A stretch of DNA of 64,000 bases, from assembly GCF_009914755.1 (NCBI RefSeq), contig NC_060931.1. One strand, given 5' to 3'. Position numbers and translations under genes: made by a program. Numbering within the stretch: the stretch's first letter is position 1; every line of letters begins with the position of its first letter. The notes beneath the pieces are model-generated. The model worked only from the letters and a program-made list of their open reading frames with translations. It had not been told where the DNA came from and ran no database searches. The stretch comes from the human T2T-CHM13v2.0 reference genome, Homo sapiens. Below, in pieces: positions 1 through 12,581 of the stretch.

Positions 1-780
1 AACTTCATTTTTAGTATTAAAGGTCATATATTAGATACATTATTTTACCAGAATAAGAGTGTTGAAAAAAAGTTGTCACATTAAATATTGTACAAGATGT
101 AAATTGATTACAGTTATTTTTGAGGCTTTCACTTTTATATCTTAAATTACAGATTCCTATCTTTTGATATAAGCAGTTATTACCTGAAATAGGGACTTAA
201 AGTGGATTTAAGAAATGATTTAGAAAAAAAGTGCATTTGGGCTTTGTGATATTAAGAAATTAAATTATTCCATTTCATCTATCCTTCTATCATTATCCTT
301 CTATTCTTCTCTCATTAGTGTCTATAGACATTTGATGGGGGGATATATTTTGAAAGAAGCAAAGAGATTACCAACATGGATTAATTTATTGAGAGCGGTA
401 TATAAATGCATTTAACATATTAATAAAATATTTAACAAATTCATAAAATATGAACCCAAATTGGAACAAAAAGACTCCTGCTTAAAAATATCATATTTTT
501 TTCCAAATGCATAATACAGGTATGTGTATACATATGTATGTGTGTGTGTAGATAGATAGTTAGATTGACTCACAGGTAGGCCGAGACATACTTTCCTTTG
601 GCTCTGAAACTAAGAGTTGTTTTTCTCTTAGTCATCTCTACTGTTTATGCTGGAAATACGGAAAGAAAGTTTTTACAGGACTCTATTGATCGTACATTGA
701 TTCATTGAATTCTTTACAAGCAGACTATTTATAATTCGTACTTGTTCATAAATTTTTTTGAAGTAATTTATTGAGTGTCA

Positions 781-838
781 CATATATATATGTGTATATA
801 TATATATGTGTATATATATGTGTGTATATATATATGTA
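781..838. repeat. (TA)n/(TATG)n compound microsatellite
   Basis: catatatatatgtgtatatatatatatgtgtatatatatgtgtgtatata read directly. Confidence 0.9.
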
Positions 839-1999
839 TTTGGAGATACATATATCTAAATAAAAATATATACCAGGTGCCATGGGGAAATGACCAGAGA
901 CACACTAATTGAAGTGAGCACTTTGGGGAGAGGTTTAATCATTTGGTGGTTGGGCTGAAATTTGAATTATAGAAAGATTCCATTTTCCAAACATATCTTG
1001 GTTTGGTAAGAGTTCTTTGTTACAGAAAATTACACACACACTAATTTTGTGGGCAGTCTGTTCAGTAAGACAAACTAAATCCAGATATGTCAAGAGAAAG
1101 TCTCTTTTTTTTTTCAAAAATGTATTTTGCTTAAAACTGTTGAAGTAAATGATATTACTAAACCAAATCTGCAAGTTGAATCTGGCAACGTCAAGACTTC
1201 TTGGGCATAACCAAGGTAAAACCATTAATCATTTTTAGTGCTCTTCAAAGAAAAGTTTCACAGTAATCAATAGTGATATTGCCTCAGAGGAATGATGCAA
1301 TGGAAACTTTGTACATTTCCAATGACCCAGGTAGCCAAACTTCTTTTTCATTATCTCACATAAAGGTTCAACATGACATTCAGGAATCAAGACCACACAA
1401 GCATTGAAAAAAGGCTTTATAAAACTAAATGAATAGAATCCTAACTACATAGAAGCCTGATCATGATGAACCCTAATTGTTCATCTCAAAATAGAGGCTG
1501 ATTACTTTTGGCAGAGTAAGGAGTTCCAGCTTTTATCATTATTGCTTTATTCCATTAAACTCTCATTACATCATCAGAAAAGAAAGTCAATACTGACTTT
1601 ACCAATAAGATTCAGGAAAAACATCAAGAATAATTACAATGATCAGTCCTGATCTTACCCAAAATTGCTGAGTGTGGCATCAAAATAAATATTAGAAATT
1701 TCAATAATAAAGATTTAAAAAGGGTAAGAATAGACAAAATGAAAAAAGGAAGAGAATATATAACGACAGATATTACAGTTTGGCTTTGATATCAGAAATA
1801 GGTACTGTAGAAGAGATCCTGAGGGGAAACTCCCAACCTAGGATAATTCACACTAGCAGATGGTTGCTATTCTTAAGTGTATTGGGATTATTTGAAGAAT
1901 AAAGGGGGAAATAAGAAACAATGAAATATAGGTAGAGAGTGATAAAAGGGTGAATTTGGGGTTTGTTCATATTTGTTTATAGGCTACCGAGTATTGTGA

Positions 2000-2210
2000 A
2001 GAGGAATCTGGGTTCAAATAATGAGCTATAGATTCCCATAGTGACCGTTCCACCAAATGAGCTTATTCCCCTGAGACTCATTTTTATCACAACCAACAGA
2101 AGTTAGTAATGTTACTTGATCTGTCTGCTGCGTAAGACTTCCTAAGCATCAAAATAATTAATGTAAGTATACTTTCAAAAATAAGAGGTATTATGAAAAT
2201 AAGTATTACT
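2000..2210 (+). mobile_element. MIR SINE, highly diverged
   Basis: ctgggttcaaat B-box-like start, cctgagactcattttt core-like segment, AT-rich MIR-type 3' end. Confidence 0.5.
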
Positions 2211-2505
2211 TATAACTATTTCAGCCCAGGCTCCCACCTTCATCGGTGTAGGCTACAATGCAGTGATTTTTCAGTCTTTAGTCCTTCACATATTTTTATC
2301 CTGTGACTCTTTTTCACCTTCATTCTTTCCAAAATCATCAGGTGGGTCAAAAATACCTGTTGAGATTGGGCTATTGTTAGGATGGATCTGAAGACTGTGT
2401 GAAGTTACTATTTCAGTAACTTTCTCTTGGAATTCAGCGAAAAAAAGACTGACAAACTATTTATGGCTGTGTTCCTAAAGCCAAAGCGTGTCAAAAAGAA
2501 AACCA

Positions 2506-2811
2506 GGCCGGGCACAGTGGATCACGCCTGTAATCCCAGCACTTTGGGAGGCTGAGGCGGGCAGATTGCCTGAGGTCAGGAGCTCAAGACCAGCCTGGCC
2601 AACATGGGGAAACCTTATCTCTACTAAAAATACAAAAATTAGCCAGGCGTGGTGGCAGGTACCTGTAATCCCAGCTACCCAGGAGGCTGAAGCACGAGAA
2701 TCACTTGAACCCCTGGGGCAGAGGTTGCACTGAGTTGAGGTCAGGCCACTGCACTCTAACCCGGGTGACAGAGTGAGACTCTGTTTAAAAAAAAAAAAAA
2801 AGAAAAGAAAA
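2506..2811 (+). mobile_element. Alu, AluS (Sx-like), full length
   Basis: ggccgggcacagtgg start, two arms, A-rich linker, poly(A) tail; 13-bp TSD aaaaagaaaacca at 2493-2505 and 2812-2824. Confidence 0.97.
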
Positions 2812-3009
2812 AAAAAGAAAACCAAATCCCCCAACTTCTCTATAAATAAAGACATACTCATCCGTGTACATGAGTCTTAGTATTTTATGTTCACCTGCAC
2901 AGGGTATCATATACTATACACTTATTTTACAAAGAAGCAGTTTGTTTCAGGGAACCGTTATCTATAAACAGAACATTCTCCCTAGGTATAGTTTAGAGAA
3001 TAGAATAAA

Positions 3010-3012
<3 letters not shown>

Positions 3013-3052
<40 letters not shown>
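3013..3052. repeat. (TG)20 microsatellite
   Basis: perfect dinucleotide run. Confidence 0.98.
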
Positions 3053-3055
<3 letters not shown>

Positions 3056-3879
3056 AAGTAATTTCCTTCAGGCAACAGGAGTCAAAGTCAAATCAATCTC
3101 TGATTCTTTATTAAGTGACTTTACTTGAACAGGAAAAAACAACTTTATTGAATATTTATTATACATTATCTTTTCAGTATCTTTTCTTTTTCTGTAGCCT
3201 TTTCTCTTTAAGGTTTTAAAATTTTTATGTCATACCCCAGAAACTTATAAAGGGTGCTGGACAGAGTCAAGATTCAAGTGCTGTGATCCATGGTAGTGAT
3301 TTGGGAGGAATGTGGAGTCCCTATTTCCTGTCTCGAAGTTTATAGAGGGTTAAAATAGCAAAAGCTTACAAATAGGAACAGAGAGTGTCTATAAAGACAT
3401 TTAGCAGTTTTAAAAAGCAGAACATGAAGTTACCTTAAAAACAAGTAGTGATAATTGGTTAATTAGAAGTAGAAAATTGGCTAGGTATTAAAGGAATTCT
3501 GAGAAGAAAGCATGAACATAAAGGAACAAAAGCTGAGCTATAAAGACAATTCTCCTTTTTAATGTCTCCAGTTCAAAAAATATTGGTGATCTTTTAGATG
3601 TTAGGAAATAGTGCCATGTAGAAAATAGTAGAAATAATTAAAAGAGGATCATTACAGAGAAGCACGACTAGTTTGCTTTATTCTCTGATGATCCACCAAT
3701 TTAAGAAATGCTGAATTGAAAAGGAATTTAAGTGTTGACATTCTCTAAGCTAATATTATTGATAGCTTAAAATCCTATTTATGTAATTAAGTGCAGTAAT
3801 CACCATTACAGGAATAAGCTGTCTCACAATTAGAAAGAATCTTGAATTTTTAATTATTAATTCATAAAAAATGATTCCT

Positions 3880-4488
3880 TGTAAATTAGTTCAACCACTG
3901 TGGAGAGAAGCTTGAAGATTTCTTAAAGAACTTACAAAAGAAATACCATCCAACCTAGCTATCCCATTACTGGGTATATACCACAAGGAAAATAAATTGT
4001 TCTACCAAAAAGACACATGCAATTGTATGTTCATTGCAGCTCTATTCATAATAGCGAAGACATGGAATCAACCTAGGCACCCATCCATGATGGATTGAAT
4101 TTAAAAAAATGTGGTACATGTATACCATGAAATACAATGCAGCCATGAAGAATGCAACCATGCCATTTGCAGCAACATGGATGCAGCTGGAGGCCATTAT
4201 CCTAAGCGAATTAATGCAGGAACAGATAACCAAACACCACTTTTTCACTTATAAGTGGGAGCTAAACATTGGGTAACTATGGATAGAAACATGGGAATAA
4301 TAGACACTGGGAACTCAAAAAGGGGAAGGAGGGGAGGGAGAAAGTGCTGGAAAACTACCTACTGGAAACTGTGCTCACTACCTGGGTGATGGGATCAAGT
4401 GCTCTCCAAACCTCAGCATCACACAATATGCCAGTGTAACAAATCTGTCCATGTGCTCCTTGAATCTAAAATAAAAATTGAAATAAAA
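3880..4488 (+). mobile_element. L1 3' end (ORF2 C-terminus plus 3'UTR), L1PB/L1PA16-like, 5' truncated
   Basis: atcccattactgggtatata, gcagcaacatggatgcagctggaggccattatcctaagc, ccaaacctcagcatcacacaatat...tgaatctaaaataaaa. Confidence 0.9.
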
Positions 4489-4489
4489 A

Positions 4490-4732
4490 TTTGTTCTAAC
4501 TTACATATAGTGAATTTCTAACTTCCACATATTAAAATTTAGTCATAGGTATATATTATGTGTTTTTACAAATGCATAATCATGCAAATTCCACCACAAT
4601 GAAGATACAGAAGAGTGCCATCATGCAAGAGATACTATTCATGCTGTCCTTCTGTAACTAAACCTACTTTCCTCCAACTTTAAATCTTGGCAACCACTAT
4701 AGTTCTCTCTATCCTTATGGTTTTGCCTTTGC
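4490..4732 (-). mobile_element. old L1 (L1ME/L1MC-type) 3' fragment
   Basis: ccaccacaatgaagatacagaa...cttggcaaccact...ttttgccttt matches the antisense 3' end of mammalian-wide L1. Confidence 0.65.
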
Positions 4733-4799
4733 CATGAGCATATCAACAGTTGAACAATTAAATTTATTTTTAATTACAAGAAAAGAGAATGCACAGCAT

Positions 4800-5050
4800 A
4801 GATAACCATGAGGCATCTCAGAAAGATGATAGAAAGAAGTTTTTATTGAATTTGGGTTTTCATAGGTAATTTTGGAGAGAGTCTGAGGAAGCAGGGTTTT
4901 GACCCACACTGGGTGCTGTCAGAAAGCAGGGCATTTTGTGACTGGGTAGCTCAATAAAGCTTACCTGTGTGGAAGACAGAGTAGATGGAGTAAAAATAAA
5001 ACTTAGTTGGTAAAGAAACCAAAGTCACTTATTTAGAGAGATATAAGAAT
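4800..5050 (-). mobile_element. ancient ERV1-type LTR fragment (MER90/MER110-like)
   Basis: gggtgctgtcagaaagcagggcatt...ttggtaaagaaaccaaagtcact resembles remembered old LTR consensus; family uncertain. Confidence 0.35.
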
Positions 5051-5169
5051 GTTTTGTACATGAATGCTTATAGTAACACTGAAGTCTAGCTCGGGGCCTA
5101 AGATCAGTTTCTAGTTTCCTCAATGACCCATTCTCTACTTTTCTCAGACAAGTAGTCTCTGTCCAACAA

Positions 5170-5905
5170 CCTCCAAAAACGTTCCAAGTCACTCAGAGCA
5201 AAATCCAATGTCCTCATAACAACCCCATGAGGACCTAAATGATCTGTTCTCTGTCACTGCTCTAACCTCAGATTTTACCATTCTTCTCCTTTACTCACTC
5301 AGCTCCAAACACCAGACCTACTAGCTGGTCCTGAATCACACTGAGTGTTTTCCTATCGCACCATATTTCCGATTGCTTAATCTATGCCTGGAATGATTTT
5401 TCCCCCAGAAGTGTGTAGGGTTTAGAGTTTTTGCTCTAATAGTCCTTCTTGGCATGGTCTACAACAGGGGTATCCAATCTTGGCTTCCCTGAGCCACACT
5501 GGAAGAAGTGTCTTAAGCCACACAAAAAAAACACTAACACTAACGATAGCTGATGCGCTAAAAAAATTAAAAAATCACGAAAAGAACTCACAATGTTCTA
5601 AGGAAGTTTACAAATTTGTGTTGGGCCACCCTCAGAGCCACCTTGAGCCACACGTTAGACAAGCTTGGTCTGCAACAACCCCTCTATTAAAAAGTACAAC
5701 ATGTCTCAGTGCATTTCAACACCACTTATCCTTTTTTCATTTATTCTTTTCAAAACAATTTCTCTCTTTTTAATATATAATATACAGGGTATTTTTATGT
5801 ATTATGTTCTATAAACTCCATGAAGACAGAAGTTTGTGTGCATTTACCTCATTTCTGTAAAGCCAGCAGATAGCACAGTGCATGGTGCTCAAATGAATAA
5901 CTAGT
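5170..5905 (+). mobile_element. L2 3' region, interrupted by MER30
   Basis: actcagagcaaaatccaatgtcctc, cactcagctccaaacacc, gcctggaatg, taaactccatgaagacag, tagcacagtgcatggtgctcaaatgaat are L2-type motifs. Confidence 0.7.
5465..5667 (+). mobile_element. MER30 (hAT-Charlie non-autonomous DNA transposon)
   Basis: caggggtatccaatcttggcttccctgagccacactggaagaa ... agacaagcttg; 8-bp TSD gtctacaa / gtctgcaa (1 mismatch), typical hAT length. Confidence 0.88.
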
Positions 5906-5914
5906 CCTACCTAG

Positions 5915-6270
5915 CTGGAGACTATCCTTCCTGGCTTCCCTTTCAGAAAACTATGGCCATGTAACTAGAACATCACAAGTGGAACATGACCCAAAGTAAT
6001 GTGTGAACTTTCTGCCTCACTTGCTTCAAAGAATAAGGACTGCATTGAATTTCTTCTGCCTTTTCTGGAACACAAATTAATGAAGTCTAACTTCATCTTA
6101 CAGATTATAAAAGCATGCTAGTGGATGGAGATGCAACAAGAGATGGCTTGTTAAATTGGCTGCTTAACTAGGGACTGCTATGCAAGAGAGATTCACACGT
6201 CTTTTGCTTAAACAATTGTACTTTGGGATATTCTTCTTATAATAGTTTATCCTTCACTTCCAATATTACA
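5915..6270 (+). mobile_element. old MaLR LTR (MLT1J/K-like)
   Basis: ggccatgtaactag...ggaacatgacccaaagtaatgtgtgaactttc and a MLT1-like terminus ...tattaca. Confidence 0.45.
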
Positions 6271-6999
6271 TGTGATCTGATCACTGTCTTTATTTAGTTC
6301 CCTCAAAAATTATTCCTACAAATATTTGCAATATAATTTGATGATCTAAATTAGAGAATTTGTAAAATTTCACTTGAACAAGTTTATAGGTATCTGTAGA
6401 TCACTGGCAGCAATAACTCTTTTTATACAAATGTCTATACTTCTTGAGGCTTGCTATAGATTAAAATTTCTGGAGGAAATGGCAACGATGTACAGACTCC
6501 TGTGTGAGTTAGAATATATAGAACCTAGGGTATTTTTGATTCTTTAAATGAGAAGCCTCATGCATATTTGTTAGTTATGTATCCAGTGGAGAGAAAAGGT
6601 TTGATAATATAAATAACAGAGAAGTAAATTGAAAGGTTCATCCAGCTCATGTATAATATGTCCTTCAACTAGTATTATATATTTTTATTTGCGGAATTTG
6701 TGTAGTTTAGTATCTCCACTTCAAAAATTATTTACAAATACACTACTCCATTTAACATGTTTTTGCTTTCACATTGCCTAGTTAACAGTACAATTTATTG
6801 GACTTTTAAAAACCAAATTGATATGTTTTAATTATATAATTATTAAAATATATAAACCAGTAAATGTGTTATTACAGTTAATACATATGCTCAATATCAA
6901 CATATAGCTAGCTGATCATGTTGATGTTGCACAGCTAGATTTTTATTCCATGACCCTTAGCTCCATGAAGTTTACTTTTATTTTCTCTTTTAATATATT

Positions 7000-7170
7000 G
7001 TTCTGAGCTCAGACATTGGTTCTACCACTTTATATCAATAATCACATAAAGATAACTCTCTTAACTTTGTTATCCACATTTGTGAAATATGGGTAGCAAT
7101 GGCATTGCTTCACAAATTTTAGAGGGATGAATAAGTAACTGGTTTTGAATCAGGAAAGTGCACTTATTAA
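7000..7170 (+). mobile_element. MIR SINE fragment
   Basis: ttctaccacttta, ttatccacatttgtgaaatatgggt core-like segment, aaagtgcactt. Confidence 0.5.
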
Positions 7171-7298
7171 CTTAACGTGTAGGAGAAAAATATTTAAACC
7201 CTTATAGCCACATATTACTCATTTGTATACCGTAAGTCTTAATAGTGGTAAAGATGAAATAACATAATTTACACAAAATGCTTAGATTAGTACCTTAT

Positions 7299-7688
7299 AG
7301 GTATCGTTTGGCTGTGTTTCCACCCAAATCTCATTTTGAACTGTAGTTCCTATAATACTCACATGTGGTGAGAGGGACCCAGTGGGAGGTAATTGAATCA
7401 TGGGGGTGGTTTCCCTCATGCTATTACAAGAATAGCGTGTGAGTAGATAGTGAGTAAATTCTCATGAGATCTGATGTTTTTATAAGGAACTTCCCCCTTT
7501 GCTCGGCTTTCAGTCTTCTTCCTGCCACATGTGAAGAAGGATGTGTTTGCTTCCCCTTCCACTATTATTGTAAGTTTCCTGAGGCCTCCCCAGCCATGTT
7601 GAACTGCGAGTCAATTAAGCCTCTTTCCTTCATAAATTACCCAGTCTTGGGTATGTTTTTATTAGCAGCATGAGAATGAACTAATACG
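7299..7688 (+). mobile_element. THE1 (THE1C/D-like) MaLR solo LTR
   Basis: gtttggctgtgtttccacccaaatctcat ... gtaagtttcctgaggcctccccagccatg ... ttagcagcatgagaatgaactaatac; probable 5-bp TSD cttat/catat. Confidence 0.95.
7390..7400 (+). promoter_or_regulatory. DUX4-type double-homeodomain motif TAATTGAATCA within THE1 LTR
   Basis: exact match to TAAYYBAATCA; THE1/MaLR LTRs are established DUX4 targets; occupancy of this copy unknown. Confidence 0.5.
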
Positions 7689-7863
7689 CATATACATTGT
7701 CTATTATAGTAATCTTTTGCTGTTATCATTACTCTGTAAAAGTCTATTTGTTGAACAAACCCAGATTTCACTATATTTTTGTGATAAGCAAAATTATCTT
7801 AATAGTGAATACACAAATGTGGGAGTTTATTATTATAAGTCAAAAATTTTAAGTAGATATTTC

Positions 7864-7926
7864 TTTGAATGTTTGTTTTAAGCATTAAAATAATTTGAAT
7901 ATTTGTTTTAAACATTAAAATAATTT
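7864..7926. repeat. 30-bp tandem duplication (2 copies)
   Basis: tttgaatgtttgttttaagcattaaaataa followed by tttgaatatttgttttaaacattaaaataa. Confidence 0.9.
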
Positions 7927-9876
7927 AATTGAAATTCCAAAATTTAATAACTTGAATTTAATAATTTGCTGTGGGTATTCACTTATAATTCACCAGCATT
8001 GACTTAAAGTTACACTTCATTTCTTCCCACTCAGCTGACTATCTAAATCTTTGCCTTCTGAAGGATATGGAAAACCAATGTCCTACCACACTAAAATAGT
8101 AGCTATAGCAATAATAATAGCAATAAAATGAAAAATAAATGTCAATTTTACCATGCCTGGCTTCTAACTAAGAATTAGTTATTATGAGACATTGCATAAA
8201 AGAAAAATTTAAATGATAGTTTGAATGCTATAAAAGTATAATTAGGTGAAAAGATAAAACCAAGAGTTCTCTGCTGCCCATTGGCCTATATGTTTTTTGA
8301 AGCTTAGTGTCCCCTTTAAGTGAGATAACAGCTATGTCATTTTGCATCCTCTGGCTAGAGATGTACAATTAATGCAAATTAAATTTTGCTTGCATTTAAT
8401 GTTTGATATTTTCTTCTCATTTTGTATACTTTCCCTTATTTATATCCTAATAGGATTTTCATGTTTCATTCAGAATTAGAACAATAAAACATATTTGCAT
8501 ATATTCTCTTTGATCTTTTTAAGATCAATCATAATTCTAAATATTATATCTTTCTTTAAAGAAAAAAAAGATAAAGTCATAGGTAATGGATCAGAGAAGC
8601 TACTCAAAAAACTGCATGGGAAATTTATAATGTTAGATAAAAATATTTGCCTTGAAATTGAAATCAGAAAATAAGAGCAGAAACAATATCAAGACGAAGA
8701 GTGACGGATAAAATAAGTTGCAAGATTTGTATGTTATTGGTATGAGAATGACCATGGTGTTTATTCAGAAAAAAATATTTTTCTTTTGCAAACACACCAA
8801 AATATATTTATAAAAGTAGTAAGTTAGCATTTTGTCTCATCTTCCTTGATACCTCCTTAGTGTGGTGACCTTGCATCAGGTGGACATAAGATATTTGGCT
8901 CCGTTGAACCCTGGCACCTAAGATATAAAAGGTTTCTAAGGGTGTCTCTCCCTCTATAATCTCATGCCAAAAGAATCATGTAGAAAAGAATGTTTCCAAA
9001 ATTTTTAAAAATATTTCTTCCAAGAAACAGCAGCAACAAAAAAACTATTTCAGAGAAATATCTGAGCATTTTTGCTACAGAGCTGAATTCAGAAAAATGA
9101 AAAATCTAGCTCAACCAATTCTAGCAACTAGCAGACACCAAAATAAGCAGATTTCAAACTTATGACTGTATAGAAAGGCAGGATGTTAAAACTACTGTGT
9201 GCTGCTCTTCTTGCTCATAGGCAGACTTTGAAATAGTCTCTTATTGCTGCATTCCTGAGGCATTCTCACTGGAGGGCCTTCAGCAATTCTCTTCTGTCCC
9301 ACTACTCTAATTCATGGATCTGTTCATTAGATGTAGGAGGATCATGTTCTTTTGAAACACAGAGAGAGAAAAGGAAATTTGAAGCTATGTTAATATTATT
9401 TTTGTTTTAAAAAAAATTACAAGACATATTCAGGTATGTGGGTAAATAATTTGTTTTATTCGATTGGCAAACACATCCCCTTCCAGGAAAATGTTTAGAC
9501 AAATAGATTAGAGTACATATATGTTTGTCCATTGATGTCAAAAAGTTGACAACCCATGACCTGAGTAATCTACTTACTACTTAAACCCTTATAAACCTTT
9601 AGCTTTCCCCTAGTTATAAAATTCACTTCCTCTTGTAAATTTACTTCTGCTCTAGTTAGACAAGTACATTTCAGTGTTCTTTTGCCCTTTCTCAGCCATT
9701 TGAAACTAATTTCCTTTTAGGATATGCTCTACTACATCTAGTTTTTAAATTCCAAACTATTTGTAAAGCTCTCTGTTGTATTACTCTTATTTAATGTATC
9801 ACTGCCTGTAGCATATATGTAAAATGTAATTCACATTTATTTGCCTTGTAGTATTTTTTTTTAAACAGGCTTTAAA

Positions 9877-10056
9877 AATGTATGGTTTGATAGTATTCCA
9901 ACCACGGAAGAGCTTATTGCAAAATTGGATTCAGTCTTCTCAAACCGTGTACCTGCTTTATCCATTAAGTTCATCTAATATTCTAAATCCTTTGTTATGA
10001 GTTCAACAATTTTCAAATCTTTATTGGTCATCTTCACCAGTAGATATTAACTCAAG
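9877..10056 (-). mobile_element. isolated internal Tigger1 fragment homologous to 10647-10823
   Basis: gtttgatagtatt...aaaattggattcagtcttctcaaacc...taaatcctttgttat...tagatattaactcaag aligns by eye to the main Tigger1 copy. Confidence 0.85.
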
Positions 10057-10234
10057 TATTTTAAATATTTGTTTTCCTGTGTGGCTTCATCAGGGGTAAT
10101 CTGGAACAAGAACATACAGGTGTAGACACAATGTTCATTGCCAAAGTGGAGATTTAAGTAAGTGACGTGGATAGTTACAGAAAAATAATCCAATTATCTC
10201 TCTTATTTCTGAGTTTTCCTATATTTTCTTGCTA

Positions 10235-12581
10235 CATGCATGCTTTGAAGATATTGTGGGTTCAGTTCCAGACCACCCAGATAAAGTGAATGAGTCACAG
10301 TAAATGAGTCACACAAATATTTTGGTTTACCAGTGTGTATAACAGTTATGTTTACACCATACTGTAGTCTATTAAGTGTGCAATGGCACATGGACTAAAA
10401 ATTATTATACATATGTTATTTAAAATAAACATTAATGCTAAAAATGCTAATGATCATCTAAGTCTTCAGGAAGCTATAATCTTCTGCCAGTGGAGGGTCT
10501 TGCCTCAATGTAGATTGCTGCTGACAGATCTGGGTGGTGGGTGCTGAAGATTGGGGTGGCTGCAGCAATATCTTAAAATAAGGCAACGATGAAGTTTGAC
10601 ATATTGATTGACTCTTCCTTTTGAGAAATATTTATATGTAGGATGCAATGCTGTTTGATAGTATTTCACCCACTGTAGAACTTCTTTCAAAATTGGAGTC
10701 AATCTTCTCAAACCATGCAGCTGCTTTATCTACTAAGATCATCTAATATTTAAATCCTTTGTTATCAGTTCAACAGTTTTCATACCTTTATCAGGAATCT
10801 TCCCTAGTAGATATAATCTCAAGAAACCACTCTTTGCTTATCCCTAAAAAGCAATTCTGCATCTGTTCATGTATTATTATGAGGTTGCAGCAATGCAGTC
10901 ACAGCCTCAGGCTCTGCTTCTAATTCTACTGCTCCTGCTATTTCTACCATATCTGTAGTTCCTTTCAGCACTGAAGTCATAAACGTATAAAGTTATCCAT
11001 GTGGTTTGAAACCAACTTATTCCAAACTCCAATTAATATTGACATTTTGACCCCTCCCCATGAATTACAAATGTTTTTAATGACACCTAGAATAGCAAAT
11101 TCTTTACAGAAGACTTTCAAATTACTTTGCACAGATGTATCAGAGAAATCACTATCTATGACAGCTATAGCCTTACAAAATGTTTTCCTTAAATAATAAG
11201 ACTTGAAAGTCAAAATTACTCTTTGATTCATAAGCTGCAAATGAATCTTGTGTTAGCAGGCAGACAAGCAACATTAATCTCCTTATACATATCCATCAGA
11301 GTACTTGGGTGACTAGGTGCATTGTCAATGAGCAGTAATATTTTGAAAGGTATTTTTTTTCTGAGCAGTAGGTTTCAACAGTGGACTTAGAATATTCAGT
11401 TAAATTATCCTGTAAACACATGTGCTGTCATCCAGGCTTTGTTGTTCCATTTGTAGAGCACTAGCAGAGTAGATTTAGCATGATTCTTAAAAGTCCTATG
11501 ATGTTCAGAGTTTTCAATAAGCATTGGCTTCCATTTAAAGTCACCAGATGTATCATTCCTTAATACAAGAGTCAACCTGTCAGTTGAAGCTTTGAATCCA
11601 GGCATTGACTTCTCCTCTCTAGCTATGAAGGTCCTAGATCGCATCTCTTTCCAGCAGAAGCTTGTTTTATCTACATTGAATATTTGTTGTTTAGTGCAGC
11701 CACCTTCATTAATGATCATAGCTAAATCTTCTGGATAATTTGCAGCTTATACATCAGCACTTGCTGCTTCAAATTGCACTTTTTTCTTATAGACGTAATT
11801 TCTTTAGTTCTGCAGCCTCTTCACCCCCATGAGCCTTTACAGAATTGAAGAGAGTTAGGGCTTTGCCCTGGATTAGGCTTTGGTTTAAGGTAATGGTGTG
11901 GCTGGTTTGATCTTCTATCTGGACCACTGAAACTTTCTCCATATCAGTAATAAGGCCGTTTTATTTTATTACCATTCATGTGTTCACTGGTGTACACTTT
12001 TAATTTTATTCAAGAACTATTACTTTGCATTCACAACTTGACTGGTAAGAGAAGCCAGTCTAGGCTATCAACATACCTTCCTCACCAAGCTCAATCATTT
12101 TTAGCTTATGATTTAAAGTGGGAGACATGTGACTCTTCCTTTCACTTGATCACTTAAAGGGCATTGTAAGGTTATTAATTGGCCTAATTTAAATAGTGTT
12201 ATGTCTCAGAAAATAGGGAGGCCTGAAAAAAGGGAGAGAGACCGGGAACAGATAGCTGGTGAAACTGTCAGAACTCAGACAATATTTATTGACTAATTTT
12301 GCCATATTATATGGTGCGTTTTTTGTGTCCCCTGCCCCCAGTTATAATAGTAACATCAAAGATTACTGAGCACATATCACCGTAACAGATAATAATGAAA
12401 AAGTTTGAAATATTGGAGACTTACCGAAATGTGACACAGAGACACAAAGTGAACATAAATTCTTGGAAAAATGGCACTGATAGACTTGCTTGATGCAGGG
12501 TTGCCACAAAACTTCAACCTGTGAAAACTCAGTGTCTGAGAAGTACATGAAAGCACACTACAATAAAATGATGTATGCCTG
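10235..12581 (-). mobile_element. Tigger1 (TcMar-Tigger/pogo DNA transposon), near full length
   Basis: degenerate TIRs (ta|catgcatgc...gatattgtgggttcagttccagaccacc and aaaatgatgtatgcctg), about 2.35 kb, transposase fragments on the minus strand. Confidence 0.95.
10505..11719 (-). pseudogene. disrupted Tigger1 pogo-family transposase (DDE_1 domain remnants)
   Basis: ORF pieces [70 protein letters not shown]; split by stops and frameshifts; the QPMDQ catalytic Asp reads Asn. Confidence 0.9.

Noticed and set aside
2475-2861. 128-aa and 81-aa ORFs, and similar ORFs at 13112, 32881, 33273, 49969, 53804 and 60718
   Set aside because: They are translations of Alu sequence (for example [32 protein letters not shown]), not genes.
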